From contig PAQK01000010.1 in assembly GCA_002709665.1 (NCBI GenBank), positions 24,245-83,800 of the forward strand: DNA of 59,556 nt, read 5' to 3'. Made by a program: the position numbers and the translations under genes. The notes beneath the pieces are model-generated. The model searched no databases and was not told where the DNA came from. It worked only from the letters and a program-made list of their open reading frames with translations. The number at the start of each line of letters is the position of its first letter. The first letter of the stretch is position 1. This DNA is from Gemmatimonadota bacterium. GTDB taxonomy: Bacteria; Latescibacterota; UBA2968; GCA-2709665. Below are positions 39,649 to 48,657 of the stretch, one piece after another.

Positions 39649-41271
39649 TTACGCCTCCACCTTCTCGATGGTAGAGAGCAGGGCACCCAGACTGCCCACG
39701 GATGAGGACTCCAATTGTGCAAACGCTTCAACAGCATTTGCCAGGTCCGCCATCACATCCTCAACTTCATCGTATGGCGCACTCCCACCCATCATCTCAA
39801 TCACGTCCTTGAGGATTCGCCAATCTGCACGTGCATCACCCACGGGTTCCAGACCTTGATTGATTTTTTGAACCCTACCGTCGCAGTTGGTGAATGTACC
39901 ATTTTTCTCAATGAATGTAGCTCCCGGTAGAATCACATCCGCCTGCCGACTGAGATCATTTGCCAATATGTCCTGCACCACCAAGAACTCGAGTTTACCC
40001 AAACTGCTGCGCTCCGCCTCCGTAATCCTTTCCAGTGGATCCCCACCAAGGATGTAAAGCGCCTTGATGTTTCCCTCTTGGATCCCCCGCCAAATCTCGA
40101 CCGGATCGGTTATGGACACCCCCAAGCCGCTCAGGATCTCAGTGACACCCCGACTGTTGGGCGATTTGTCAGCGCGAATTGTAAACCCACCCTTGAAAGT
40201 AGTATCTCCTTCCTGACTGACCTTTGGTCGAATCCCGATTGACGCACCTTCAAGCGGATCCTTGAACAGTATGCCGAACAGAAAATTCTCCTCATTGGTC
40301 AGGTGAGAGGATGCAAAACCTGCGATCGAGGCAGGTCCGTGAGCTTCGCGTATCTTTTCAAAGCCATCCCTGACCTTTTCCAGCGCTGCCTCCCAGAGAA
40401 CCAGATCGGGATCGGCGCCCCTGCCGATCATCGGAAAAAGTAGACGATCATCACTGTGCACGTATCCCCAGCCGTGTCTGCCATCATCACACATCCAATA
40501 CTCATTCACGTCCATATTTTCTCTGGGGACAAGCCGGTAGATCCTTTCATTGTTGTAGTCTGCACGTATGTTACATCCAGCGCTGCAGCCTGTACATAGC
40601 GTGTCTACCTCCTTGAGAAACCAGACACGCTGCTTGAACAGAAAATCCTTATCCAACAGGGCACCAACCGGACAAATATCTACAGTGTTTCCAGAAAGTC
40701 GGTTGTCCAGACGCTCACCGGGGAATATATCGATCTCGTTGTGAACACCCCTGTTGAAGTAGCCAAGTTCACTTGTCCCTGAAACTTCGTCGCAAAATCG
40801 GATGCATCGTGTGCAGCGTATACACCGGTCGGAATAGAGGAGTGTGTGCTCGCCAATATCTTTCTTCGGTTGAATCGTCTTTTGATCCAGAAAACGACTC
40901 CTGTCCGGTCCGTAGGTATAGCTGTAGTTCTGTAACTCACATTCTCCGGACTGATCACAAACGGGACAGTCCAGGGGATGGTTGATAAGCAGGAACTCCA
41001 TCACCGCATTCTGGTTACGTTTCACCTGTTCACTCTGCGTACCCACTACCATTCCTTCCGCAGGCATGGCGGTACAAGATGGGGCCATCCCCCGCCGCCC
41101 GCCTGCTTCGATCTCAACAAGACACATCCTGCAGTTGGCCGGAGCGCTCAAACCAGGGTGATAGCAATAGTGGGGGATATAGACGTCGTTCTCGACGGCG
41201 GTCTGCAGCAGGTTCTTGCCTGGAACAATCTCGATCTCTTTGTCATCTATCGTAAATGTCGCCATCAGCAA
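39649..41271 (-). CDS. nuoG: NADH-quinone oxidoreductase subunit G (short, 540 aa)
   Basis: N-terminal 2Fe-2S and 4Fe-4S motifs are present: CYHPGLSAPANCRMCLVE, HPLDCPVCDQSGECELQ, CIRCTRCIRFC, and CPVGAL. Confidence 0.9.
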   Translation of the reverse strand: MLMATFTIDDKEIEIVPGKNLLQTAVENDVYIPHYCYHPGLSAPANCRMCLVEIEAGGRRGMAPSCTAMPAEGMVVGTQSEQVKRNQNAVMEFLLINHPLDCPVCDQSGECELQNYSYTYGPDRSRFLDQKTIQPKKDIGEHTLLYSDRCIRCTRCIRFCDEVSGTSELGYFNRGVHNEIDIFPGERLDNRLSGNTVDICPVGALLDKDFLFKQRVWFLKEVDTLCTGCSAGCNIRADYNNERIYRLVPRENMDVNEYWMCDDGRHGWGYVHSDDRLLFPMIGRGADPDLVLWEAALEKVRDGFEKIREAHGPASIAGFASSHLTNEENFLFGILFKDPLEGASIGIRPKVSQEGDTTFKGGFTIRADKSPNSRGVTEILSGLGVSITDPVEIWRGIQEGNIKALYILGGDPLERITEAERSSLGKLEFLVVQDILANDLSRQADVILPGATFIEKNGTFTNCDGRVQKINQGLEPVGDARADWRILKDVIEMMGGSAPYDEVEDVMADLANAVEAFAQLESSSVGSLGALLSTIEKVEA

Positions 41272-42606
41272 TTACCCCAAAACCTTTATCGATTTGTCCT
41301 GGTGGATCGGACAACACCCTTGTTCAATGTGGGCTTCGAATTCACTCCTGAAGGTCTCCACGAACCCTTGAATCGGATATGAAAATGCCGGTCCAAACAG
41401 GCAAATCGTGGAATAACGTGGACTCAGAAAGCCTGCCACATTGTCTGCCACTTCCATGAGCGTGTCGAGATCTTCGGCTGTTCCCTGTCCATGTTCAATT
41501 CTCCAGACAATATCCCTGGTCCATGGGCACCCCTCTCGACAAGGCGTACATTGACCGCAAGACTCGTGGGCAAAGAAATTCATAAGATTCAGCAGCGCGT
41601 CCACCATACAAACCGTATCGTCCATCACGATGATCCCGCCGGTGCCGAACATCCCTTTGAACTCGCCTCGCCCGGGCAAAAGAAAATTTGAAGGGTCCAT
41701 CACAATATCGATCTGGTCCGGCGTCATTGGCGCCGTAGAAGCCCCACCGGGGATAACCGCCTTCAACTCTCTGCCTTCGTATAGTCCTCCGGCATAATCA
41801 TAGATAAGCTCTCGCATAGTGGCCTTACCAATTTCCAGTTCGAATAAGCCCGGTTTCTTCACATTGCCACTTAAGCAAAATATGAATGTGCCTGGATATC
41901 GTTCGCTCCCGATTCCCTTGAACCAATCCGCCCCTTGATTAATGATATGGGGAACGTAGGAGAGGGTTTGGACATTATTTACTGTGGTCGGACAATCAAA
42001 GATCCCCTTCTGTGCGTGAAAGGGCGGCTTCACTCTGGGTTCGGCCCGCTTACCTTCCAGAGACTGCATCAATCCGGTCTCTTCACCACAGATATATGCG
42101 CCAGCCCCCGGATGGGTGTAGACCTCAAGATCGAATCCGGATCCGAGGATGTTCTTGCCTACAAGTCCAGCGTCTCGGGCCTGGCTGATACACTGTTCCA
42201 TCATTTCCAGCTCTTCCCACATCTCGCCTCGAATATAGATATAAGCGGCCTTCGCCCTGATGGCATAGGATGCGATGATCGCACCTTCCAGGAGCTGGTG
42301 AGGATTATTCTCTAGGAGCTGTCGGTCCTTGAACGTACCGGGCTCGCTCTCATCCGCGTTGACACACAGATAGGAAGGAACCGGCGCATCTTTGGGCATG
42401 AAGCTCCACTTCATGCCCGCGCTGAACCACGCTCCGCCTCGGCCCGCCAATCCTGACTCCTGGACCGTCTCAATGACTTCATCCGGAGACATCTGCAGGG
42501 CCTTTTCCAGGGCCTGGTAACCATCGTAGGATTTGTAGATGTTGATATCCTGAAGATTGTCAACATCGAACAAATTGGTGATAATTTTAAATTCTTCTGG
42601 CATCAA
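41272..42606 (-). CDS. nuoF: NADH-quinone oxidoreductase subunit F
   Basis: GLAGRGGAWFSAGMKW, the FMN/NADH site GAGAYICGEETGL and the N3 cluster motif ESCGQCTPCREG are present. Confidence 0.9.
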   Translation of the reverse strand: MMPEEFKIITNLFDVDNLQDINIYKSYDGYQALEKALQMSPDEVIETVQESGLAGRGGAWFSAGMKWSFMPKDAPVPSYLCVNADESEPGTFKDRQLLENNPHQLLEGAIIASYAIRAKAAYIYIRGEMWEELEMMEQCISQARDAGLVGKNILGSGFDLEVYTHPGAGAYICGEETGLMQSLEGKRAEPRVKPPFHAQKGIFDCPTTVNNVQTLSYVPHIINQGADWFKGIGSERYPGTFIFCLSGNVKKPGLFELEIGKATMRELIYDYAGGLYEGRELKAVIPGGASTAPMTPDQIDIVMDPSNFLLPGRGEFKGMFGTGGIIVMDDTVCMVDALLNLMNFFAHESCGQCTPCREGCPWTRDIVWRIEHGQGTAEDLDTLMEVADNVAGFLSPRYSTICLFGPAFSYPIQGFVETFRSEFEAHIEQGCCPIHQDKSIKVLG

Positions 42607-42631
42607 TCAACTCACACCGTGTTTGTCCGGA

Positions 42632-43111
42632 CTATTCCAGTCCATCAAGCATCTTGTCCAGCTTCTCTTTCGTCAGATACCGATGCAGCTCATCATTGAT
42701 CCGAATTGCCGGTCCCCCCTCACAGGCAGCAATACATTCCGCCTTTTCCAGAGTGAACCGTCCGTCTCCCGTGGTTTCTCCAACCTCAATCTTTAGCTTC
42801 TCCTTGAGATAATCCACTACCTCTTCAGCTCCGCATAATGCACAGGACAACGTGCTACAAACCTGAATAATATGACGCCCAACCGGTGCCTTGTGAAACA
42901 TTGGGTAAAAGCTCATTACACCGGCCGCCCTTGCAGCAGGCATGCCAAGTAGCTGAGAAACATACTTCAGCCCTTCAAGAGATACATACCCCCACTCCTT
43001 CTGGACAAGGTGCAATACAGGAAGGATAGCCGCTTCTTTCCAACCTTCAGGATACCGACCGATAATCTCTTCACATTTTCTGGCCGTTTCAGCCGTTAGT
43101 TCTACAGCCAT
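42632..43111 (-). CDS. nuoE: NADH-quinone oxidoreductase subunit E
   Basis: The 2Fe-2S ligands are in VCSTLSCALCG and AECIAACEGGP. Confidence 0.9.
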   Translation of the reverse strand: MAVELTAETARKCEEIIGRYPEGWKEAAILPVLHLVQKEWGYVSLEGLKYVSQLLGMPAARAAGVMSFYPMFHKAPVGRHIIQVCSTLSCALCGAEEVVDYLKEKLKIEVGETTGDGRFTLEKAECIAACEGGPAIRINDELHRYLTKEKLDKMLDGLE

Positions 43112-43128
43112 CTTCTAAGGTCTCCACC

Positions 43129-44907
43129 CTATCTGTCCAATTCACCTGCAATTACGTTTATGCTTCCCAGAACCGCCACAACATCCGCTACCATCAATCC
43201 ATCCACCATCTCAGGAAAGCACTGGTAATTCATAAACGACGGTGGACGAACACGCAGACGATATGCGTGTCCACTGCCGTCACTCACTATATAGAAACCA
43301 AGCTCACCATTTGGGGCCTCTGTTGCTGTGTAGGCCTCTCCAGGTGGCGGTGTTAAACCGTGGTCGTCCATTGTAATCTTGAAGTGATGAATCAATGATT
43401 CCATTCCAGTATACACTGCGTCCTTCTCAGGAAGTATCACCTTCGAATCATCAACTTTGACCAAACCCTCTGGTAACTTGCCAACTGCCTGCTCGACAAT
43501 GGCGTTGCTTTGCCTGAGCTCCTCCATCCGTACCAAGTACCGGTCGTAAACATCACCATTGGTGCCGACGGGAATATCGAATTCAAGATCCTCATAGACC
43601 AAGTATGGCTCGTCCTTCCGAAGGTCGTAGTTCACACCGGATCCGCGCAGCATCGGGCCAGTGACATTCCAGGCGATCGCATCTTCCCCTGAAATCACAC
43701 CTATTCCTTTTGTCCGATCGATCCAGATCCGATTCCGTGTCAGAAGCCGGTCCACCTCTTCAAGCGCCGCAGGAAACTGGGAAGTGAAATCGGTTACAAT
43801 TGCTTGAAAGTTCTCCGGAACGTCCCATCCTAAGCCACCAATTCTGGTGTAACTCGTGGTCAGCCGAGTACCTGTCACCATTTCAAAGATGTTATACAGT
43901 CGTTCTCTTTGCTCGAAAGTGTATAGGAATACCGTCATCGCACCGATGTCGAGTGCGTGTGTTCCCAGCCACACCATGTGGTCGGCGATCCTTGATAGTT
44001 CGGCAAGGATGACGCGCACATACTGAGCACGAGCCGGCACTTTGAGTTCCATCAAATTCTCGACTGCAAGGGCATACCCGATGTTATTGGACAGTGGAGA
44101 AAGATAATTCATCCGGTCAGTTACAGTCACCCACTGGTTGTAGGTATGATGCTCACCCAGCTTTTCAAATCCCGTGTGCAAATACCCGATATCCGGAATA
44201 CACCTGGCAATCTTCTCGCCTTCGAGCTCTAGGGTCAGTCTGAGCGTACCGTGTGTGGCGGGATGCTGGGGACCCAGGTTCAGGATCATTCTCTCGGACG
44301 AGATTGGATCATCTTCCGCCTGATCGTCATCTTCTGCAAAGGGATTCCCTACAAACCCCGGGTCCTCGGGTGCAATCACATCTCGCTCACCCTTGCCGCT
44401 AACCGGGTAATCCTTACGTAACGGGTAATGCTCAAAATTCACCGGCATGAGAATTCGCCTCAAGTCGGGGTGACCTTCGAAGCGAATGCCGAACATGTCA
44501 AAGACCTCACGCTCAGGCCATTCGGCTCCTTTCCAGATAGAGCAGGCTGAGGCAATACTTTCGTCTTCACGAACCTGCACACGGAGTCTGAATCGGTGAT
44601 TCAACGAGTGGGAATACAGCTCATAGACAATGTGGAACCTGGCGCCGTGGTCAGCACCAGGATACTCAGAAAAATCAACTGAAGTCAGGTCGGTCAACCG
44701 GTCGAACACCAGACCCGGTTCGTCTCTCAAAAAGGTGAGGATTTCGAGGACCCGGTCTGGCCTGCAAACAACTGTCCATTGGTCGCCGGCCTCAACCGCC
44801 TCCACTACTTCGTCACCGAAACGATCCTGCAGCTTGCTGCAAACTATGTGTGTCTCGATCTTCCGGACACCTTCGGTTTCGGTCTCTTGTATGGTCTCTT
44901 CTGGCAT
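43129..44907 (-). CDS. nuoCD: Fused NADH-quinone oxidoreductase subunits C and D
   Basis: A single 592-aa ORF. The N-terminal half is NuoC-like (..[19 protein letters not shown]..). The C-terminal half is NuoD-like ([16 protein letters not shown].., ..[18 protein letters not shown]). Confidence 0.9.
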   Translation of the reverse strand: MPEETIQETETEGVRKIETHIVCSKLQDRFGDEVVEAVEAGDQWTVVCRPDRVLEILTFLRDEPGLVFDRLTDLTSVDFSEYPGADHGARFHIVYELYSHSLNHRFRLRVQVREDESIASACSIWKGAEWPEREVFDMFGIRFEGHPDLRRILMPVNFEHYPLRKDYPVSGKGERDVIAPEDPGFVGNPFAEDDDQAEDDPISSERMILNLGPQHPATHGTLRLTLELEGEKIARCIPDIGYLHTGFEKLGEHHTYNQWVTVTDRMNYLSPLSNNIGYALAVENLMELKVPARAQYVRVILAELSRIADHMVWLGTHALDIGAMTVFLYTFEQRERLYNIFEMVTGTRLTTSYTRIGGLGWDVPENFQAIVTDFTSQFPAALEEVDRLLTRNRIWIDRTKGIGVISGEDAIAWNVTGPMLRGSGVNYDLRKDEPYLVYEDLEFDIPVGTNGDVYDRYLVRMEELRQSNAIVEQAVGKLPEGLVKVDDSKVILPEKDAVYTGMESLIHHFKITMDDHGLTPPPGEAYTATEAPNGELGFYIVSDGSGHAYRLRVRPPSFMNYQCFPEMVDGLMVADVVAVLGSINVIAGELDR

Positions 44908-44931
44908 AATTTGTTGGCGACGTCTGTCTCT

Positions 44932-45417
44932 CTAAGCATTCGCCACTTGAGTGGGGTGCTCTCTGTCTATTTTGTCCTGAATCTTCATCAGTGCGTATAG
45001 CAAGTCTTCTGGCCGGGGAGGACAACCCGGCACGTAGACGTCTACAGGTAAAAATTGGTCGACGCCCTGTACCAGTGTGTACGTGTTGAACACCCCTCCT
45101 GAAGACGCACACGCACCCATCGAAATGATCCATTTCGGATCGGGCATCTGGTCGTATATCTTCTTCAAGACGGGCATCATCTTGATCGAAATCCTTCCGG
45201 AAACGATCAGCAGGTCGGATTGCCTGGGAGAAAACCGAACCGCCTCCGCTCCGAAACGAGCCATATCGAATCGCCCCGACAACGTAGCCATCATCTCAAT
45301 GGCACAGCAAGCTGTGCCGAAGGGCATCGGCCAGAGAGACGACTTGCGCGCCCAGTTGATCATACGGTCGAGTGTAGTGGTGATGGCATTGTCTCCAAGA
45401 CCGGACTCTAATCCCAA
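44932..45417 (-). CDS. nuoB: NADH-quinone oxidoreductase subunit B
   Basis: [23 protein letters not shown] and PGCPPRPE are the N2 cluster motifs. Confidence 0.9.
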   Translation of the reverse strand: MGLESGLGDNAITTTLDRMINWARKSSLWPMPFGTACCAIEMMATLSGRFDMARFGAEAVRFSPRQSDLLIVSGRISIKMMPVLKKIYDQMPDPKWIISMGACASSGGVFNTYTLVQGVDQFLPVDVYVPGCPPRPEDLLYALMKIQDKIDREHPTQVANA

Positions 45418-45812
45418 TCAAGCCCTCCCTTCCGCCAGACATACAACAGCCCCATCACAAGCACACCTATGAACACGACCATCTCAGTAAAAATAAAAGT
45501 CCCCTGGGCGAGCAATTCCTTGAAAACAACCGCCCAAGGGTAAAGGAAAACGACTTCAATATCAAAAATAATGAACAACATTGCTACTAAGTAAAATTTC
45601 ACCGAGAATCTGAGTCTGGCATCCCCTACAGGCGGTACTCCAGACTCGTAGGGGGATAACTTGACAGGGTTGGGTCTGCGAGGACCAAACAGGTGAGTTG
45701 CAGCCAATGATACTGCGGCAAACCCGCCGGCAACGAGCATCAGAATTACAATCGGTAGATAATCAACCAACATTGGTCTGGACAACCCTCCCATTAAGCC
45801 ACCGGCAGGCAA
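45408..45812 (-). CDS. nuoA: NADH-quinone oxidoreductase subunit A
   Basis: [39 protein letters not shown] is present. The exact start among the N-terminal Met codons is uncertain. Confidence 0.85.
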   Translation of the reverse strand: MPAGGLMGGLSRPMLVDYLPIVILMLVAGGFAAVSLAATHLFGPRRPNPVKLSPYESGVPPVGDARLRFSVKFYLVAMLFIIFDIEVVFLYPWAVVFKELLAQGTFIFTEMVVFIGVLVMGLLYVWRKGGLDWD

Positions 45813-45920
45813 TAACCTGCAATGAAAACAACCCTATGTGTCCCATTACCCAAAGGTGGAAGATTACAACAAAGACTCACAATTAAGGGCCCTAATGATT
45901 AGTCTTGCTCAAGTCCGAGC

Positions 45921-45949
45921 ATTATATGGTATGCCCAAATGAATGTCAA
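45921..45949 (-). promoter_or_regulatory. Consensus sigma-70-type promoter for the nuo(-atp) cluster (TTGACA-17-TATAAT)
   Basis: On the minus strand, TTGACA (45949-45944), exactly 17 nt, TATAAT (45926-45921), about 100 nt upstream of nuoA. Confidence 0.6.
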
Positions 45950-45996
45950 GCCATTTAACCTGATGAAATTCACCCCTGACAAGCCGGGCTAAACAC

Positions 45997-46026
45997 TTGA
46001 CAGGACCCTGGCACACAGCCTATTTT
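45997..46026 (+). promoter_or_regulatory. Sigma-70-like promoter candidate for the GT2 gene (TTGACA-18-TATTTT)
   Basis: TTGACA at 45997-46002, 18-nt spacer, TATTTT at 46021-46026. It overlaps the track's TTG 46025 start, which argues for a downstream start. Confidence 0.35.
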
Positions 46027-46087
46027 GATCTGCAATCTAGTCTTTACCGGCACCACAATATCGTCTCTGTCAACCAAGAGCATTTAT

Positions 46088-47107
46088 TTGGATCCAGCAA
46101 TTTCGTTTGTCCTTCCCGTCCACAACGCAGAGAAAACGCTCGGACAGGCCATACAAAGTATCCTGTGTCAAAGATACACATCGTTCGAGGTAATCGCCGT
46201 CGACGACGGGTCTACGGATGCAACACCCGCTATTCTCCGAACCTATTCTGCAAGAGACCCACGCATACGACCCGTATTCTGCCAGAAAAACGGGCTGATT
46301 GAAACACTGAACAAGGGTCTGAGTCTCTCAAAAGGAACTTTTGTGGCTAGAATGGATGCCGACGATATCTGCCACCCGGATCGTATCGGCATCCAACTCC
46401 AGTTTATGATGCGCAATCCTGAAATTTCAGTCTTGGGGACTCAGATCCGATGCTTCCCACTTCCTGACGTAGGCGAGGGCTTCCGAATTTATGAAAGCTG
46501 GATCAACGCTCTACTTTCTCCCGGGGATATTGGAAGGGAAATATTCATCGAGAGTCCTCTGGTTCACCCAACGGCATTTATCAGAAAATCAGCTCTGGAT
46601 GAGGTGGGAGGATATGAAGACAACGGTTGGGCCGAGGACTACGACCTCTGGCTGAGACTGTATACAAATCACAAGCAGTTTGCGAAGATACCCAGAATCC
46701 TTTTTTCCTGGCGAGAAGGAAGAGACAGACTCACAAGAACTGACTCCAGATATTCCGTAGAGAACTTCCTGAAGGCCAAAGCACATTACCTGAAGCTGGG
46801 TCCACTAAAAAAGTCACCAAATGTCATCATATGGGGAGCAGGACAGATTGGCCGGCGAATCTCCAAGCATCTTCTGCGGGAGGGTGTCACTTTAAACACG
46901 TTTGTCGACATCGACCCAAAAAAAATCGGCAGGTCCAGGAGAGGCGCACCCATAGTTTCACCAGATGAATTGCCGTCAGTCTGGCGGGCGGCAGGCCGAC
47001 CTCTCGTGCTAGCAGCAGTGCCATCTCGAGGGGCTCGGGAACTCATACGCAACCACTTGAATCGATTGGGTCTGAAAGAAGGGGAGCACTTTATCTGTGT
47101 GGCATGA
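46088..47107 (+). CDS. Family 2 glycosyltransferase fused to a C-terminal Rossmann-like (GxGxxG) domain
   Basis: ISFVLPVHNAEKTL, VIAVDDGSTDAT and RMDADD are GT-A motifs. The C-terminal part has VIIWGAGQIGRRISKHLL..FVDIDPKK. The ORF is open from 46025. I prefer TTG 46088 (MDPAISFVLPV..), but the start is uncertain. Confidence 0.7.
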   Translation: MDPAISFVLPVHNAEKTLGQAIQSILCQRYTSFEVIAVDDGSTDATPAILRTYSARDPRIRPVFCQKNGLIETLNKGLSLSKGTFVARMDADDICHPDRIGIQLQFMMRNPEISVLGTQIRCFPLPDVGEGFRIYESWINALLSPGDIGREIFIESPLVHPTAFIRKSALDEVGGYEDNGWAEDYDLWLRLYTNHKQFAKIPRILFSWREGRDRLTRTDSRYSVENFLKAKAHYLKLGPLKKSPNVIIWGAGQIGRRISKHLLREGVTLNTFVDIDPKKIGRSRRGAPIVSPDELPSVWRAAGRPLVLAAVPSRGARELIRNHLNRLGLKEGEHFICVA

Positions 47108-47156
47108 ACCCTTTCTTCGGAACTGACATATCCAACCACGAACTTCGGAAACATAT

Positions 47157-47735
47157 ATGGTGGATGGTTTCTTCGCGCGTCTTTTCCGGAAACCTGCTGA
47201 GCCTGCGCCGCCTCAGTTGGAAATGCTCAGAAACAACCTTGAGAATCTCCCTGAAATCGTTGTGCCTAAGGGTTACAAACTCCGGTCCTATCACCCAGGG
47301 GATGAGGATGCCTGGTGTCGGATCATGGAGGGTAACGTAGGTAGAGAGTGGACTCCGGGAAAATGCCGAGAAAAGCTCACCGAAGATCCACGGTTCTCAT
47401 CTGAGAGTCTCTTTTTCGCGACCCTTGAAGGAGAACCGGTTGCCAGCGCCTGCGCCTGGACCAAATTGGTAGAGGAACGTGTGACAGGTGAGGTCCACAT
47501 GGTCGCCGTCCTTGAGAATCACCGAGGAAAGCGGCTGGGTCATCTGGTCAACAGTGCCGTCCTTCACCGTCTGAAGGAACTTGGTTTTCAAAAAGCACAT
47601 CTACTCAGCGATGATTGGCGAATCCCTGCAATTAAAAGCTATCTCACCGCAGGTTTTCATCCCCTCAATACGCACGAAAGCCACCCACAGCGATGGGAAA
47701 AGATCTTCGATCAACTGGGTATCTCCGGAAATTGA
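47157..47735 (+). CDS. GNAT-family N-acetyltransferase
   Basis: VAVLENHRGKRLGHLV (the R/QxxGxG/A acetyl-CoA motif) occurs in a ~190-aa protein. Confidence 0.75.
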   Translation: MVDGFFARLFRKPAEPAPPQLEMLRNNLENLPEIVVPKGYKLRSYHPGDEDAWCRIMEGNVGREWTPGKCREKLTEDPRFSSESLFFATLEGEPVASACAWTKLVEERVTGEVHMVAVLENHRGKRLGHLVNSAVLHRLKELGFQKAHLLSDDWRIPAIKSYLTAGFHPLNTHESHPQRWEKIFDQLGISGN

Positions 47736-47739
47736 ACAC

Positions 47740-48447
47740 CTACGCAAGCAATTCTGTATAGCCAAACCCTATGGCCTTCTTGACTCGTTCCAGCGTGTGC
47801 TGACCTTGGACTCTTGCTTCTGAACACCCAAGATTCAGGACGTCTCCGACAAGACCGGGCACTTTCTCCAGCTGCTGGCGCCTGGACTCGAATTCTTCTC
47901 CCAGCACACAATTGCAATCGCCTATTCCGGTGTAAATCGACGTAGGCTTGTGAAAGACATCCCCAAACCTTTCATTAAATTGTCCCGCCAGGCCTTGAGC
48001 CAGCAGAATACGATCCTCTTGATCGACCCCAACAGGTACGAGGGTGGGCCCGAACATCAGTATATACGCTGCCTGGAACAGAGAGTAACCAAGGTGCCCA
48101 TAAGTAGTGTCATCCAAACTGTCCTTCCCCAACAGCCTTTTAACCTGAACAAGGTTACTCAAGATGGATGCGAGTTCAGCAAGTTGTGGAACCTGGGATT
48201 GTAGGAAGCAAATACCACGCTCCAAATTGAAACCTAGCGCCAAAGCATCCAGAACCATTTCGGTGACACTGTCTTCGATATTTCGCCTAACGTAACTGCC
48301 TGATTTGAGTGTATGGTAGTCTGCTATCATCAGTAAGCAAGTATGGTCATTCTGAAGTGAGATAAGCCTACCCAGCGGGTTCGCGTAATCTTGAATGAAT
48401 GACCCAGCCGCGGGTTTAAGCCCGGTATGTGCAATTTGCCTTTTCAT
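47740..48447 (-). CDS. Truncated, catalytically degenerate tryptophanyl-tRNA synthetase paralog (TrpRS-fold pseudo-enzyme, 235 aa)
   Basis: It aligns by eye with the adjacent TrpRS: IADYHTL / IADLHTL, FLQSQV / YLQSAV, GYSLFQAAYILM / GYPVLQAADILM, LVPVGVDQED / LVPVGKDNEA, TLERVKKAIGF / TLKEVKKAMGL. HIGH is replaced by SFIQDY and KMSKS is absent. About 100 residues of the C-terminal domain are missing. It has its own GGAGAT SD and ATG. Confidence 0.75.
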   Translation of the reverse strand: MKRQIAHTGLKPAAGSFIQDYANPLGRLISLQNDHTCLLMIADYHTLKSGSYVRRNIEDSVTEMVLDALALGFNLERGICFLQSQVPQLAELASILSNLVQVKRLLGKDSLDDTTYGHLGYSLFQAAYILMFGPTLVPVGVDQEDRILLAQGLAGQFNERFGDVFHKPTSIYTGIGDCNCVLGEEFESRRQQLEKVPGLVGDVLNLGCSEARVQGQHTLERVKKAIGFGYTELLA

Positions 48448-48483
48448 GATTTCATCTCCGAAGAAGTGTTGTGGAGAATTTTC

Positions 48484-48524
48484 AAAAGAAAAAAGCCGCT
48501 GATCACCTTCCGGCGATCAGCGGC
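48484..48524 (-). terminator. Strong intrinsic terminator between trpS and the TrpRS paralog (attenuator candidate)
   Basis: On the minus strand, a perfect 10-bp stem GCCGCTGATC / GATCAGCGGC with a 10-nt loop is followed by TTTTTTCTTTT. It ends 36 nt before the paralog ATG. Confidence 0.8.
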
Positions 48525-48610
48525 TCAGTAGCACGCCAACGACGACCCGGTGTTGGCCATACCTCACCCCTTGACCAAATCCACCAAGCCCTTGTCCTAA
48601 AGGCACACAT
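48503..48610 (-). CDS. Candidate regulatory leader peptide 2 (35 aa, 5 Trp: MCAFRTRAWWIWSRGEVWPTPGRRWRATEPLIAGR)
   Basis: AAAGGAA lies 6 nt upstream of ATG 48610. Trp codons are at positions 9, 10, 12, 18 and 25. The TGA lies in the loop of the 48484-48524 terminator. The ORF is below the track's size cutoff. Confidence 0.55.
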   Translation of the reverse strand: MCAFRTRAWWIWSRGEVWPTPGRRWRATEPLIAGR

Positions 48611-48657
48611 CCAAATTCCTTTATATTCAAACGTCATTGTAACCTCGGTTCTAACCC

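Noticed and set aside
47740-48447. Plain pseudogene interpretation of the TrpRS-like ORF.
   Set aside because: I did not adopt it as the primary call. The 235-codon frame is uninterrupted despite deep divergence, has its own SD and ATG, and has a dedicated leader and terminator. It remains the main alternative and is testable by comparative genomics.
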